A stretch of DNA of 64,000 bases from an uncultured Rhizobiaceae group bacterium. Its GTDB lineage: Bacteria > Pseudomonadota > Alphaproteobacteria > Rhizobiales > Rhizobiaceae. The notes beneath the pieces are model-generated. The model saw nothing but the letters and a program-made list of their open reading frames with translations, was not told the DNA's origin and did no database searches. The DNA lies in the NCBI GenBank assembly GCA_938044775.1, contig CALIOE010000039.1, positions 1,200 to 65,199 on the forward strand, given 5' to 3'. Position 1 is the stretch's first letter. Every line of letters starts with the position of its first letter. The translations under genes were made by a program, and so were the position numbers. Positions 1-8,753 of this stretch are shown one piece after another.

Positions 1-483
1 AGCATGACTGAGTTCATGTCTATGGAACATTCGCGCATACATTCGAGCAGTTCACGGCCCCAAATTGGAACCGTGTTCCACACAAACCTGCACGAGCCTA
101 TCCTCGAGCTGTGCGAAGACCGGTCTCCTGGCGTTCATGACTGGTATCTGGCAGCCTGCAATCAGCAACGATACGAATTGCTCGGGCATCAGGGAGAACA
201 CGCCAATTGCGCAGACAATCTCAGGGCCGCTCTTGGCGAACTGGGACATTCTCCAACATGTGTTCCGTGCCCCCTCAATCTATTCGAGAACGTCTCATTC
301 TTATTTGGCGATTCGATGGAAATAAAGCAGCCGGTTGCCATGCCCGGCGACTACGTAGGACTGAAAGCCCTCATTGACTGTCTGGTTGTGCTGTCCTCGT
401 GCCCTCAGGATATTTTGCCGACCAACGGACCGGACCTGACGCCACGAAGTGTCGACGTGGAGATTGTTCAGCCGGCTGGATAG
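1..483 (+). CDS. DUF1989 / urea-carboxylase-associated family protein (carboxyguanidine-deiminase type), C-terminal part; 5' end cut by the window edge
   Basis: The frame of ORF 4..483 is open to the window edge. Segments HDWYLAACNQQRYELLG, NCADNL, PCPLNLFENV and PGDYVGLKALIDCLVVLSSCPQD resemble the conserved core of DUF1989 proteins. Confidence 0.6.
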   Translation, partial: SMTEFMSMEHSRIHSSSSRPQIGTVFHTNLHEPILELCEDRSPGVHDWYLAACNQQRYELLGHQGEHANCADNLRAALGELGHSPTCVPCPLNLFENVSFLFGDSMEIKQPVAMPGDYVGLKALIDCLVVLSSCPQDILPTNGPDLTPRSVDVEIVQPAG

Positions 484-660
484 GCACTGATTCCAGAGGT
501 TTGGCTCCAGGGTGAGGGCGCCGGGCAGGCCTCGTCGGGGCCCATATGAAACATGTCATGCCCGCCGCAGGGTGTGGCAGGGCCCGTTTCGTTCAGTGTG
601 GCAGACGCCTGCTCCTGGCTGGCATTGCCCGGTTCCCGGGCGGTGATTGAAAGCACAAAC

Positions 661-1596
661 TTAACCGAACTCTGTCACGCGGTAGCCCATGCGCGGAAAG
701 TGCACGTTGATGGAACCCACTCCCGGCTCCATCCGGTTTACGACAATGCGTTCAGATGAAGCTGCAACCAGCTTCCCTTCGACAGGTTGCTCTCCACCAT
801 CCAGATCGGGGGACACAAGCACTTTCATGCCGGCCTTGATCCCCTGTGGATCATTCGGGTCATCATGTCGGATATCGAGAGGTTCGTGATTTGAAGCGAG
901 AGAAATTGCATCCTCCGGTGCCAGTGGCGACATTTTCCCATGCCCAATCTCCCTTACACTGGCCTCCCATCTCTCAAGATGCGCGAATTCTCCAAGAAAC
1001 GATGGGCCATGATGCCAGCGCCCCCGAAGAAACCAAACAAGGTGATAGAACTGAGCGTCGATGGCCGCAGGATCTGCACCCAGCAGAAACATGCGATCAT
1101 CTGAGAGCTGTCCGTTCAACCAGTACAAAGGCGCCCGCATCTGTGCGGCCAGATGAGGCAGAGCCTCGTTGGCCGCTTTCAATCCGCTGGCCCAGTCTGC
1201 ACCAAGATAGAGGCGTCCACGATCTTCAGCAAAGTCTTTCGGCAGTTCATCACCGGCTGAACCGAGGACAATCTTGACCGCCAGATCAAACAGTGCCCCG
1301 TCAGTCCACCTGCTCAAACTCCAGATCAGGCCTGCATCTGAGGTCGGGAAAAAGGTCGGAGAGGGAAAACGCATTTCCAGTTCTTGAATGATACATTGGG
1401 TGTCGCAGTAAACATCAGCACCGATTTGCATAACCGGTGTGCGCCTGTACCCACCGGTCAGTTTTGTCAGCATTGGTTTGGGTGCCAATCTCGGAATCTC
1501 GACAGAACGCCAGGACAATCCCTTTATGCCAAGAGCAACCCGGGCTTTTTCAGCGACAGGGGACTGCGGATAATTGTGCAAGATGATTTCAGACAT
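661..1596 (-). CDS. Glutathione S-transferase family protein with a ~90-aa C-terminal extension
   Basis: 311-aa ORF. The N-terminus has a thioredoxin-like GST fold (ILHNYPQSPVAEKARVALGIKGL...RRTPVMQIGADVYCDT), followed by a helical GST-C-like region. The C-terminal ~90 aa are unassigned. Confidence 0.75.
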   Translation of the reverse strand: MSEIILHNYPQSPVAEKARVALGIKGLSWRSVEIPRLAPKPMLTKLTGGYRRTPVMQIGADVYCDTQCIIQELEMRFPSPTFFPTSDAGLIWSLSRWTDGALFDLAVKIVLGSAGDELPKDFAEDRGRLYLGADWASGLKAANEALPHLAAQMRAPLYWLNGQLSDDRMFLLGADPAAIDAQFYHLVWFLRGRWHHGPSFLGEFAHLERWEASVREIGHGKMSPLAPEDAISLASNHEPLDIRHDDPNDPQGIKAGMKVLVSPDLDGGEQPVEGKLVAASSERIVVNRMEPGVGSINVHFPRMGYRVTEFG

Positions 1597-1921
1597 GAGC
1601 TACTCGTCGCGGGAAAGAGTGGCCCATCTATCCGGTAGTCGGGCATGAATGCAAACCGCTCATTTCTGTCTTTCGCGAGCCAGCAACGTTGATCAATTCA
1701 AAAATTGGTCCGGTGGTTTCTGCACAGGTCTCACAATTATCGCAGCGCGTCGGTGTTGGTGTTCGGCTTGTTTGACAATCGAGCGCGAAATTCACGCGGC
1801 GAAACTCGCGATTTCCGAACCTAAGTCGCAATCGACCACTTCCGGACAGGGAGCGCGGTTTGACCCGTTGGGCGTTTCGCTGAGCCAGATTGCAACTCCC
1901 TGACTTTCTGCGGCCGGGCGG

Positions 1922-3670
1922 CTAGCTGAGTGCGTCCAACGCCACAATTAACCGGCTTCGTGTCTCGTCCGGGAGAATCACATCGTCCAGTTCAAAGAAC
2001 ATCGCGGCGTTCAACGCCTTGCCACGCTCGTATAGCTCATCGATCAGTCGACCGGTTTCTGCTTCGCGCTCAGCCTTATCTTCTATGGCCGACAAGTGAT
2101 CACGCATCCCTAGATGAACGGCGCCTTCCAGCCCCATGGCGCCGACTTCGCCGCCAGGCCATGAAAGCGTCAGATCGCTGGCGTGTAGTCCGCCGCCGGC
2201 CATCGCCATGGCGCCCAGGCCATAAGCCCTTCGCATCACAACGGCGAGCATTGGCTGCGTAAATTTCGCACCTGCTATGAAAAACCGTCCTATAGGACGG
2301 ACCTGGCCGGTTTCTTCAGCCTGCGGCCCAACCATGAAACCCGGTGTATCAATCAAAGATACAACAGGGATCTGATGCAGCTGGCACAGATCGAGCATAT
2401 GGGCTGCCTTGTCGGCCGCATCACCATCGATGGCGCCACCCATGTTCTGGCAATTGTTGGCAAGAACACCAATGACCTTTCCGTTGAGTCGGGCAAAGCC
2501 GCTGATCAGGTTGGGCGCGTAGGCGCACTTCAGCTCTACGAAACCGCCTTCATCGAAAATCGCATCGATGATCGCGGAAACATCAAATACCCCACGTCGC
2601 TCGCGGGGCAGCAGCGGCGCCAGTTCTGCAGTTCGCTCAACCGGTTCGCCTTTGATACACTTCAAAAAATGGATCATCCTTTTTGCCAGCGTTGTCGCAG
2701 CTGCCTCGTCCTCTACCACAATGTCAAATGCGCCCGTCCTGGCGTGCACCGAAGCGGGCCCTACCTCGTCTGCCTGAAACTTACCCAACCCGCCGCCTTC
2801 GATCATCGCCGGTCCTCCCATGCCGAGGCAGGCCGTTTTGGTGCCGATAATGACATCCGCCACGGCAGCAAATGCCGCGCTACCGGCAAAGCAATAACCA
2901 TGAACAACGGCCACCACCGGGACGACGCCGCGCAATGCCGCCAGGTGGTGGAAGGAAGTTACTTCGAGTTGAGCAACTGAGATGGCATGTGCATCGGTAT
3001 CGTTCGGCCGCCCGCCACCGCCCTCGGGATACATAACCAACGGCAATTTCCGACGACGGGCGATTTCGACGATACGGTCGACCTTTTTGTGGTGAAAGTG
3101 TCCCTGGGTCCCGGCCATCACCGTGTAATCCACAATCAGCACCGCCACATGCACACCATCAATCGCTCCGGTGCCGACAATCACGCCATCGGCGGCACTG
3201 CGATCAATCAATCTCTCGCGGGTATGCGTACCATGTTGAGCGGCCAGGGCATGGCCGCCCAATTCGCTGAAACTGCCTTTGTCGAGCAGGTCGTCGATGT
3301 TCTCGCGGGCGCTGCGACCGCCGCTTGCATGGCGTTTCTCAATGCGAGACCAACGACCCCTGTCTGAATAGGCAACACGACGATCGAGGATTTCGCTGAT
3401 CAAAGAGTCGGTATAGCCGCCAGCGCTTTTTGATTCAGTCGGCCCGGAGGCTTTGGATCCGTGAGAGACGACGGCCAGTTTTTGTCCGGCCTGAACCTCG
3501 TCTCCCAGCGCGACCAGTATCTTTGACACAACACCATTTTGGGGTGCTTTGTGCTCCACAAGCATTTTCATGAGCTCTGTGACGACCACCACAGTACCTT
3601 CGCCAATGTTGTCGCCAACTGAAACGGCGATGCTGGTGACACGGCCGGTGGATTCCGAAATCACGTCCAT
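1922..3670 (-). CDS. Biotinyl-domain (BCCP-like) fused to an acyl-CoA carboxylase beta-type carboxyltransferase
   Basis: 582-aa ORF. Residues 1-70 form a biotinyl/lipoyl-type domain with the motif VVVVTELMKMLVEHKAP. A Ser/Gly linker follows, then ~500 aa with two carboxyltransferase halves (VMAGTQGHFHHKK..., GGGGRPND, GGAIDGDAADKAAH, RRAYGLGAMAMAGGG). Confidence 0.8.
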   Translation of the reverse strand: MDVISESTGRVTSIAVSVGDNIGEGTVVVVTELMKMLVEHKAPQNGVVSKILVALGDEVQAGQKLAVVSHGSKASGPTESKSAGGYTDSLISEILDRRVAYSDRGRWSRIEKRHASGGRSARENIDDLLDKGSFSELGGHALAAQHGTHTRERLIDRSAADGVIVGTGAIDGVHVAVLIVDYTVMAGTQGHFHHKKVDRIVEIARRRKLPLVMYPEGGGGRPNDTDAHAISVAQLEVTSFHHLAALRGVVPVVAVVHGYCFAGSAAFAAVADVIIGTKTACLGMGGPAMIEGGGLGKFQADEVGPASVHARTGAFDIVVEDEAAATTLAKRMIHFLKCIKGEPVERTAELAPLLPRERRGVFDVSAIIDAIFDEGGFVELKCAYAPNLISGFARLNGKVIGVLANNCQNMGGAIDGDAADKAAHMLDLCQLHQIPVVSLIDTPGFMVGPQAEETGQVRPIGRFFIAGAKFTQPMLAVVMRRAYGLGAMAMAGGGLHASDLTLSWPGGEVGAMGLEGAVHLGMRDHLSAIEDKAEREAETGRLIDELYERGKALNAAMFFELDDVILPDETRSRLIVALDALS

Positions 3671-3831
3671 AAATGTGAGTCCCCGGTAACACAGACCGGA
3701 TTAATTCCCCATTTCAGATTTTCTGGCAAATGCTAATCCTGCAACGTGCGAATTGCCTGGCGTGAGCATAGTGGGTTTTGCAGCGCCACATCTGAATATT
3801 TGAGACATCCCTCAAAGGTCATCAGGAACGG

Positions 3832-5163
3832 CTAGATATCCAGAGTGTTGTCTTTTTCCCATTGTGAGAAATGGCTGGTGAATGAATTCCATTCCTGATG
3901 TTTCATCTTCAGGTAAGCTGCTGAAAACTCCTCACCCATGGCCGCCTTAAGCCCTTTGTCTTTGTCGTAGGCACGCAATGCATCGAGCATGTTTAACGGC
4001 AGGCGCGGCGCGCCGCGAACCTTGTGACCGTCCGCATACATATCGATATCATAGCGCTTGCCGGGATCTGCCTTACTTTGAACTCCGTCAAGGCCGGCCG
4101 CAATGATTATGGCCTGCAACAGATAGGGGTTGGCTGCCCCATCCGGCAGGCGAAGTTCAAACCTGCCGGGGCCGGGAACGCGCACCATGTGAGTACGGTT
4201 GTTGCCCGTCCACGTTACTGTATTGGGAGCCCACGTAGCGCCGGATGTTGTGCGTGGCGCGTTAATGCGCTTGTAGCTGTTCACGGTGGGATTGGTAATC
4301 GCTGCCAATGCAGACGCATGCTTCATGATACCGCCGAGAAAGTGCTTTCCTTTTTCCGAAAGACCCAGCTCGCCGGTCTGACCGCTGCCGGATGTTGTGG
4401 CGAACACATTCTTTGTGGCATTTGCGCCTGGCGCGTCCCAGACAGATATATGAGCATGGCAGCCGTTACCCGTCAGGCCTTCGATCGGCTTCGGCATAAA
4501 GGTGGCGCGCAATCCGTGTTTTTCAGCGACCGATTTTGTCATGAATTTGAAGAAGGAGTGTTTGTCGGCCGTGCGGAGGGTGTCGTCGAACTCCCAGTTC
4601 ATCTCGAACTGGCCGTTCGCATCTTCGTGATCGTTTTGATAGGGCCCCCAACCAAGTTCGAGCATGTAGTCGCAGATCTCGCGCACGACATCGTAGCGCC
4701 GCATCACGGCCTGCTGGTCGTAGCAGGGTTTTTCTGCGGTATCGAATTCATCCGAGATCTGGTTGCCATCGGGGCTGAGCAGGAAATATTCAGCCTCAAT
4801 ACCGGTCTTGACGTGCATGTCCTGGGCGGCTGCCTCGTTAATCAAACGACGCAGCACATTGCGTGGCGCCTGCGCTACGTCTTCCCCCTCCATGACACAA
4901 TTTGCGGCAACCCAGGCTACCTCCTTTTTCCAGGGCAACTGGATGACGGATGACGGATCCGGAACCGCCAACATATCGGGATGGGCTGGAGTCATGTCGA
5001 GCCAGGTGGCAAAGCCGGCAAACCCGGCACCTTCTTCCTGCATCTCGGCGATGGCTTGTGATGGAACCAGCTTGGCGCGCTGTCCGCCGAACAGATCGGT
5101 AAATGAAATCATGAAATATTTGACGTTGTTGTCTTCAGCGAATTTTGCCAGATCTTTTGTCAT
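3832..5163 (-). CDS. Type III glutamine synthetase-like ligase (GlnT / gamma-glutamylmethylamide synthetase GmaS type)
   Basis: 443-aa ORF with GS catalytic-domain motifs (GIEAEYFLL, NDHEDANGQFEMNW, KPIEGLTGNGCHAHISVW, NSYKRI, NRTHMVRVP). Its length and its position after a GlxBCD-like trio fit GlnT/GmaS. An SD-like GGGAGAG precedes the ATG. Confidence 0.85.
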   Translation of the reverse strand: MTKDLAKFAEDNNVKYFMISFTDLFGGQRAKLVPSQAIAEMQEEGAGFAGFATWLDMTPAHPDMLAVPDPSSVIQLPWKKEVAWVAANCVMEGEDVAQAPRNVLRRLINEAAAQDMHVKTGIEAEYFLLSPDGNQISDEFDTAEKPCYDQQAVMRRYDVVREICDYMLELGWGPYQNDHEDANGQFEMNWEFDDTLRTADKHSFFKFMTKSVAEKHGLRATFMPKPIEGLTGNGCHAHISVWDAPGANATKNVFATTSGSGQTGELGLSEKGKHFLGGIMKHASALAAITNPTVNSYKRINAPRTTSGATWAPNTVTWTGNNRTHMVRVPGPGRFELRLPDGAANPYLLQAIIIAAGLDGVQSKADPGKRYDIDMYADGHKVRGAPRLPLNMLDALRAYDKDKGLKAAMGEEFSAAYLKMKHQEWNSFTSHFSQWEKDNTLDI

Positions 5164-5457
5164 GAGTTTCTCTCCCTAAGATGCCCTGGCTGAGTCTGCA
5201 CTCTCAGCCCGTCTTTTCGAATTTGATCAGATCAACACGATGGTTGGTCCATTTGTCGATGTCGAAATCTTTGTTGTCACGATACATTGAGGTTCCGGGA
5301 CGCCTGGTTCTGAACGCCGGCTCACACCCGACGGCGGGTTGTCGTCGAACATGCGTCTGTTGATCCAAACCCGCGCAACAGTTGAAACAGGGATTTCCTG
5401 TGAGAGCGTTTCGGCGATCATGTGGGCGTGCCCTGTCATCAATTCGGCTTCCGTTAC

Positions 5458-6795
5458 TCAGTACCGTTCGCGTCCCGGGACCCAATCGGTTCCGGCCAAA
5501 GGCACGCCGGACATTGCCGCCGCCTCGACAGTCAATGCGCAGAGGTCCTCGGGTTCCAGATTATGAACATGATTCTTGCCGCAAGCCCGCGCAATCGTTT
5601 GAGCTTCAAGTGTCATGACTTTGAGATAATTGCTGAGGCAGCGGCCTGCAGAAACCGGATCGAGTCGTGCCATCAAATCCGGGTCTTGTGTTGTGATGCC
5701 CGCCGGATCCCTGCCTTCGTGCCAGTCGTCATAGGCACCTGCGGTTGTTCCCAGTTCGTTATATTCCGCTTCCCAGCGCGGATTGTTGTCGCCCAGCGCG
5801 ATCAGTGCGGCGGTGCCGATTGCCACAGCGTCGGCACCCAATGCCAGTGCCTTTGCCACATCTGCGCCTGTGCGTATGCCTCCCGAAACAACCAGTTGAA
5901 CCTCGCGATGCATTCCCAGGTCTTGCAACGCCTGAACTGCCGGTCGGATGCAGGCCAGAGTCGGTTGGCCGACATGTTCAATGAACACGTCCTGCGTCGC
6001 GGCTGTACCGCCCTGCATGCCATCAAGCACAACCACGTCGGCTCCGGCTTTAATCGCGAGGGTCGTGTCAAAATACGGCCGCGCTCCACCAACCTTGATG
6101 TAGATCGGCTTTTCCCAATTCGTAATTTCCCGCAGCTCCAGAATTTTGATTTCAAGGTCGTCCGGGCCGGTCCAGTCGGGATGACGGCATGCCGAGCGCT
6201 GATCAATGCCCTTTGGCAGATTGCGCATTTCCGCAACGCGATCGGTAATTTTCTGGCCGAGCAACATGCCACCACCACCGGGCTTTGCCCCCTGGCCAAC
6301 GACAATTTCTATCGCATCCGCACGGCGCAGATCATCAGGATTCATACCGTAACGCGAAGGGAGATACTGATAGACGAGTTTGTCGGAGTGACCGCGTTCC
6401 TCCTCCGTCATTCCACCATCCCCTGTGGTGGTGGATGTACCGGCCGCAGTCGCCCCGCGCCCCAGGGCTTCTTTTGCAGGCCCGGACAAAGCGCCGAAGC
6501 TCATACCCGCGATGGTAATCGGAATATCAAGCTCAATTGGCTTTTTTGCATGACGTGTGCCCAGCACAACTTTTGTTTCGCACTTCTCGCGGTAGCCCTC
6601 CAGCGGGTACCGCGACATGGAAGCGCCCAGAAACAACAAATCGTCGAAATGTGGAACCTTGCGCTTCGCACCGCCACCACGGATGTCGTAGATGCCTGTC
6701 GCGGCAGCACGCCTGATTTCGGCGTTGATTGCGTCGGAAAATGTTGCCGATTTTTGCGGCGCAGTCCGTGGAACATCGACTGGATTGTCGCTCAT
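5458..6795 (-). CDS. FMN-binding glutamate synthase domain protein (GlxD / MgsC-like)
   Basis: The ORF reaches 6888, but MSDNPVDV at 6795 has a GAGAGG SD 10 nt after the upstream stop. GltB FMN-domain motifs are present (GAKPGGGG, VVLDGMQGGTAA, VSGGIRTGADVAKALALGADAV). Confidence 0.85.
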   Translation of the reverse strand: MSDNPVDVPRTAPQKSATFSDAINAEIRRAAATGIYDIRGGGAKRKVPHFDDLLFLGASMSRYPLEGYREKCETKVVLGTRHAKKPIELDIPITIAGMSFGALSGPAKEALGRGATAAGTSTTTGDGGMTEEERGHSDKLVYQYLPSRYGMNPDDLRRADAIEIVVGQGAKPGGGGMLLGQKITDRVAEMRNLPKGIDQRSACRHPDWTGPDDLEIKILELREITNWEKPIYIKVGGARPYFDTTLAIKAGADVVVLDGMQGGTAATQDVFIEHVGQPTLACIRPAVQALQDLGMHREVQLVVSGGIRTGADVAKALALGADAVAIGTAALIALGDNNPRWEAEYNELGTTAGAYDDWHEGRDPAGITTQDPDLMARLDPVSAGRCLSNYLKVMTLEAQTIARACGKNHVHNLEPEDLCALTVEAAAMSGVPLAGTDWVPGRERY

Positions 6796-6805
6796 GCCTG
6801 GCCTC

Positions 6806-7495
6806 TCAATACGCTGACGCGTTGTCGATGTTAAAATTGTATAGCTGGCGTGCAGATCCGTAGCGCCTGAACTCCTCCGGCCTGGCATCTGCGTCCGCCT
6901 GACTCAGCAGGTCAGCAAGAATTGCCAAATGCTCAGGACGCATCTCCTTCTCGATGCAATCCGCTCCAAGGCTTTTCACTTCTCCTCGGACAAACAACCG
7001 CGCTTCGTACAGAGAGTCTCCAAGTGCATCTCCCGCATTTCCCAATACGACCAGATTTCCTGACTGCGCCATGAAGGCTGACATGTGTCCGATGTTTCCG
7101 TGAACCACGATGTCGATGCCCTTCATCGAAATCCCGCAGCGTGAAGAAGCATTGCCTTTGATCACCAGCAGCCCGCCGTTTCCGGTGGCGCCGGCATACT
7201 GGCTGGCATCGCCTTCGATTACGACTTTGCCGGACATCATGTTTTCGGCCACGCCTGGGCCCGCGGATCCCATGATATGGACGGTGGCGTCCTTATTCAT
7301 GCCGCCGCAATAATAGCCCGTGGAGCCAAGAACGGTGACCTCGATGGGGCCATCAAGTCCACAGGCGATCGCGTGACTGCCCCGTGGGTTCACGATTTCC
7401 CAGGTTTGTTGATTGGTGCTGGCTTTTTGCGCCTGCAGCTTGCTGTTGACTTCCCGCAGGGTCACCTCTGCCATATCAAGTGTCTGCATGTTCAA
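6806..7495 (-). CDS. GXGXG-motif glutamate synthase domain protein (GlxC / MgsB-like)
   Basis: 229-aa ORF with repeated beta-helix G-x-G-x-G segments (GSTGYYCGGM, GSAGPGVAENM, GATGNGGLLVIKGN, GNAGDALGDS). The TTG/ATG start overlaps the stop of the upstream gene. Confidence 0.85.
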   Translation of the reverse strand: MNMQTLDMAEVTLREVNSKLQAQKASTNQQTWEIVNPRGSHAIACGLDGPIEVTVLGSTGYYCGGMNKDATVHIMGSAGPGVAENMMSGKVVIEGDASQYAGATGNGGLLVIKGNASSRCGISMKGIDIVVHGNIGHMSAFMAQSGNLVVLGNAGDALGDSLYEARLFVRGEVKSLGADCIEKEMRPEHLAILADLLSQADADARPEEFRRYGSARQLYNFNIDNASAY

Positions 7496-8388
7496 TGCTT
7501 CCAGAAATACACGGTGGCGGGTTCCGGTTCCCAGACCCTGGCATTGTCAATTCCGGGCAGATTGACCAATGCCCGGTACTCCGACCCAAACGCGACATAC
7601 TGATCCGTTTCGGCGAGAACTGCCGGTTTGCACGCAATAGGATCACGAACGACGCCAAAACCATCCTTGGTGCCGACGACGAACGTGTAGAAGCCATCAA
7701 GATCGTCAAGGCCGGATTCCAGCGCCTCGCCCAGATTACTGCCCTGCTGCATTTTGTGCGTCAGGTAGGCCGCGCCGACTTCTGTATCGTTGTCGGTCTC
7801 AAAGGTGATGCCTTCGCGCCTGAGCTTGCGGCGCAGGCTGTTGTGGTTGGAGAGCGAACCGTTGTGAACCAGGCATTGATCCATACCTGTTGAAAATGGA
7901 TGTGCGCCCATCGTTGTAACCGCAGACTCAGTGGCCATGCGCGTGTGTCCAATCCCATGGCTCCCGCTCATGGATGGAATGTTGAATCGCTCGGCAACGT
8001 CTTTCGGCAGGCCGACCTCCTTGTAGATTTCGACCAGATCACCGGCACTCATGACGCGAATGTCGGGGCGCAGTTCGACGAGCGCCGCCCGGACTTCTCC
8101 CGCTTGCTTGTCAGAAAATTCCAGAACCGCGTGGGTGTCTATGATCCGTATTGATACCTTCGCGCCCGTTGCCTGACTCAGCACATTATCGAGATTGTTG
8201 AAATCTTCGGTCGGATGGCTCGACTGCACTGTAAGTTTGACTTTGTCGCCGTCTTCGGCGCCGTAGATCGCAATACCTGCGCTGTCCGGCCCTCGATCCG
8301 ACATGGTGATCAGCATATCGGTCAACATGCTTCCCAGCTTCGGTTCCAACGATCTGTCCTTGAGAAACAATCCTACTATGCCGCACAT
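7492..8388 (-). CDS. Class II (Ntn) glutamine amidotransferase (GlxB / MgsA-like)
   Basis: 298-aa ORF starting MCGIVGLF, with the catalytic Cys right after the initiator Met. HTRMATES and HNGSLSNH are typical of GATase-2 domains. Confidence 0.85.
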   Translation of the reverse strand: MCGIVGLFLKDRSLEPKLGSMLTDMLITMSDRGPDSAGIAIYGAEDGDKVKLTVQSSHPTEDFNNLDNVLSQATGAKVSIRIIDTHAVLEFSDKQAGEVRAALVELRPDIRVMSAGDLVEIYKEVGLPKDVAERFNIPSMSGSHGIGHTRMATESAVTTMGAHPFSTGMDQCLVHNGSLSNHNSLRRKLRREGITFETDNDTEVGAAYLTHKMQQGSNLGEALESGLDDLDGFYTFVVGTKDGFGVVRDPIACKPAVLAETDQYVAFGSEYRALVNLPGIDNARVWEPEPATVYFWKH

Positions 8389-8471
8389 TCTGGCTCTCCT
8401 TGCATTTCTAAAATGCTACCAACTCGCAGTACAGCATTCAACTGTCGGGAATATTTTTTTCCTTTGAGGCA

Positions 8472-8507
8472 ACAAAAAAGGGGTGGGCACCACACGGCGA
8501 CCACCCC
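8472..8507 (-). terminator. Rho-independent terminator after the amt / small-ORF unit
   Basis: The minus strand reads GGGGTGG-(14 nt)-CCACCCC followed by TTTTTTGTT. It lies 17 nt after the stop of the 71-aa ORF and upstream of the amidotransferase start. Confidence 0.55.
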
Positions 8508-8523
8508 AATCGTGCCGGCTTGT

Positions 8524-8739
8524 TCAATAGCGATCGATGCTATTGCCGGAATGCTCAACGTTGAAGTCGCGTTCCGCGTCAGCCAATTCCTTGGCCTCTA
8601 CTTTCGCCTGCAGGACGTGCCATCCGATCCAGAATACCAGCCCGGCAATAACCAGGATGACTTCAGTTCCCTGAAAGGGATAGATTGCGCCGACGTCTTT
8701 CAGATCGACGGCCCAGCTTTCCATACCATTTGTAGACAT
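8524..8739 (-). CDS. Small single-pass membrane protein (71 aa), function unknown
   Basis: The ORF starts 15 nt after the amt stop, on the same strand. It has one hydrophobic helix (VILVIAGLVFWIGWHVL) and a charged tail, and is followed by a terminator. Confidence 0.5.
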   Translation of the reverse strand: MSTNGMESWAVDLKDVGAIYPFQGTEVILVIAGLVFWIGWHVLQAKVEAKELADAERDFNVEHSGNSIDRY

Positions 8740-8753
8740 AGACTTACCTCCTT

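Noticed and set aside
5422-6834. 470-aa ORF on the plus strand, the longest unassigned ORF in the track
   Set aside because: It lies entirely antisense to the well-supported FMN-domain glutamate-synthase-like gene. It is Cys/Arg/Ser-rich with no motif, which is typical of a shadow ORF in GC-rich DNA. The same applies to 4024..4953, which is antisense to the GS-like gene.
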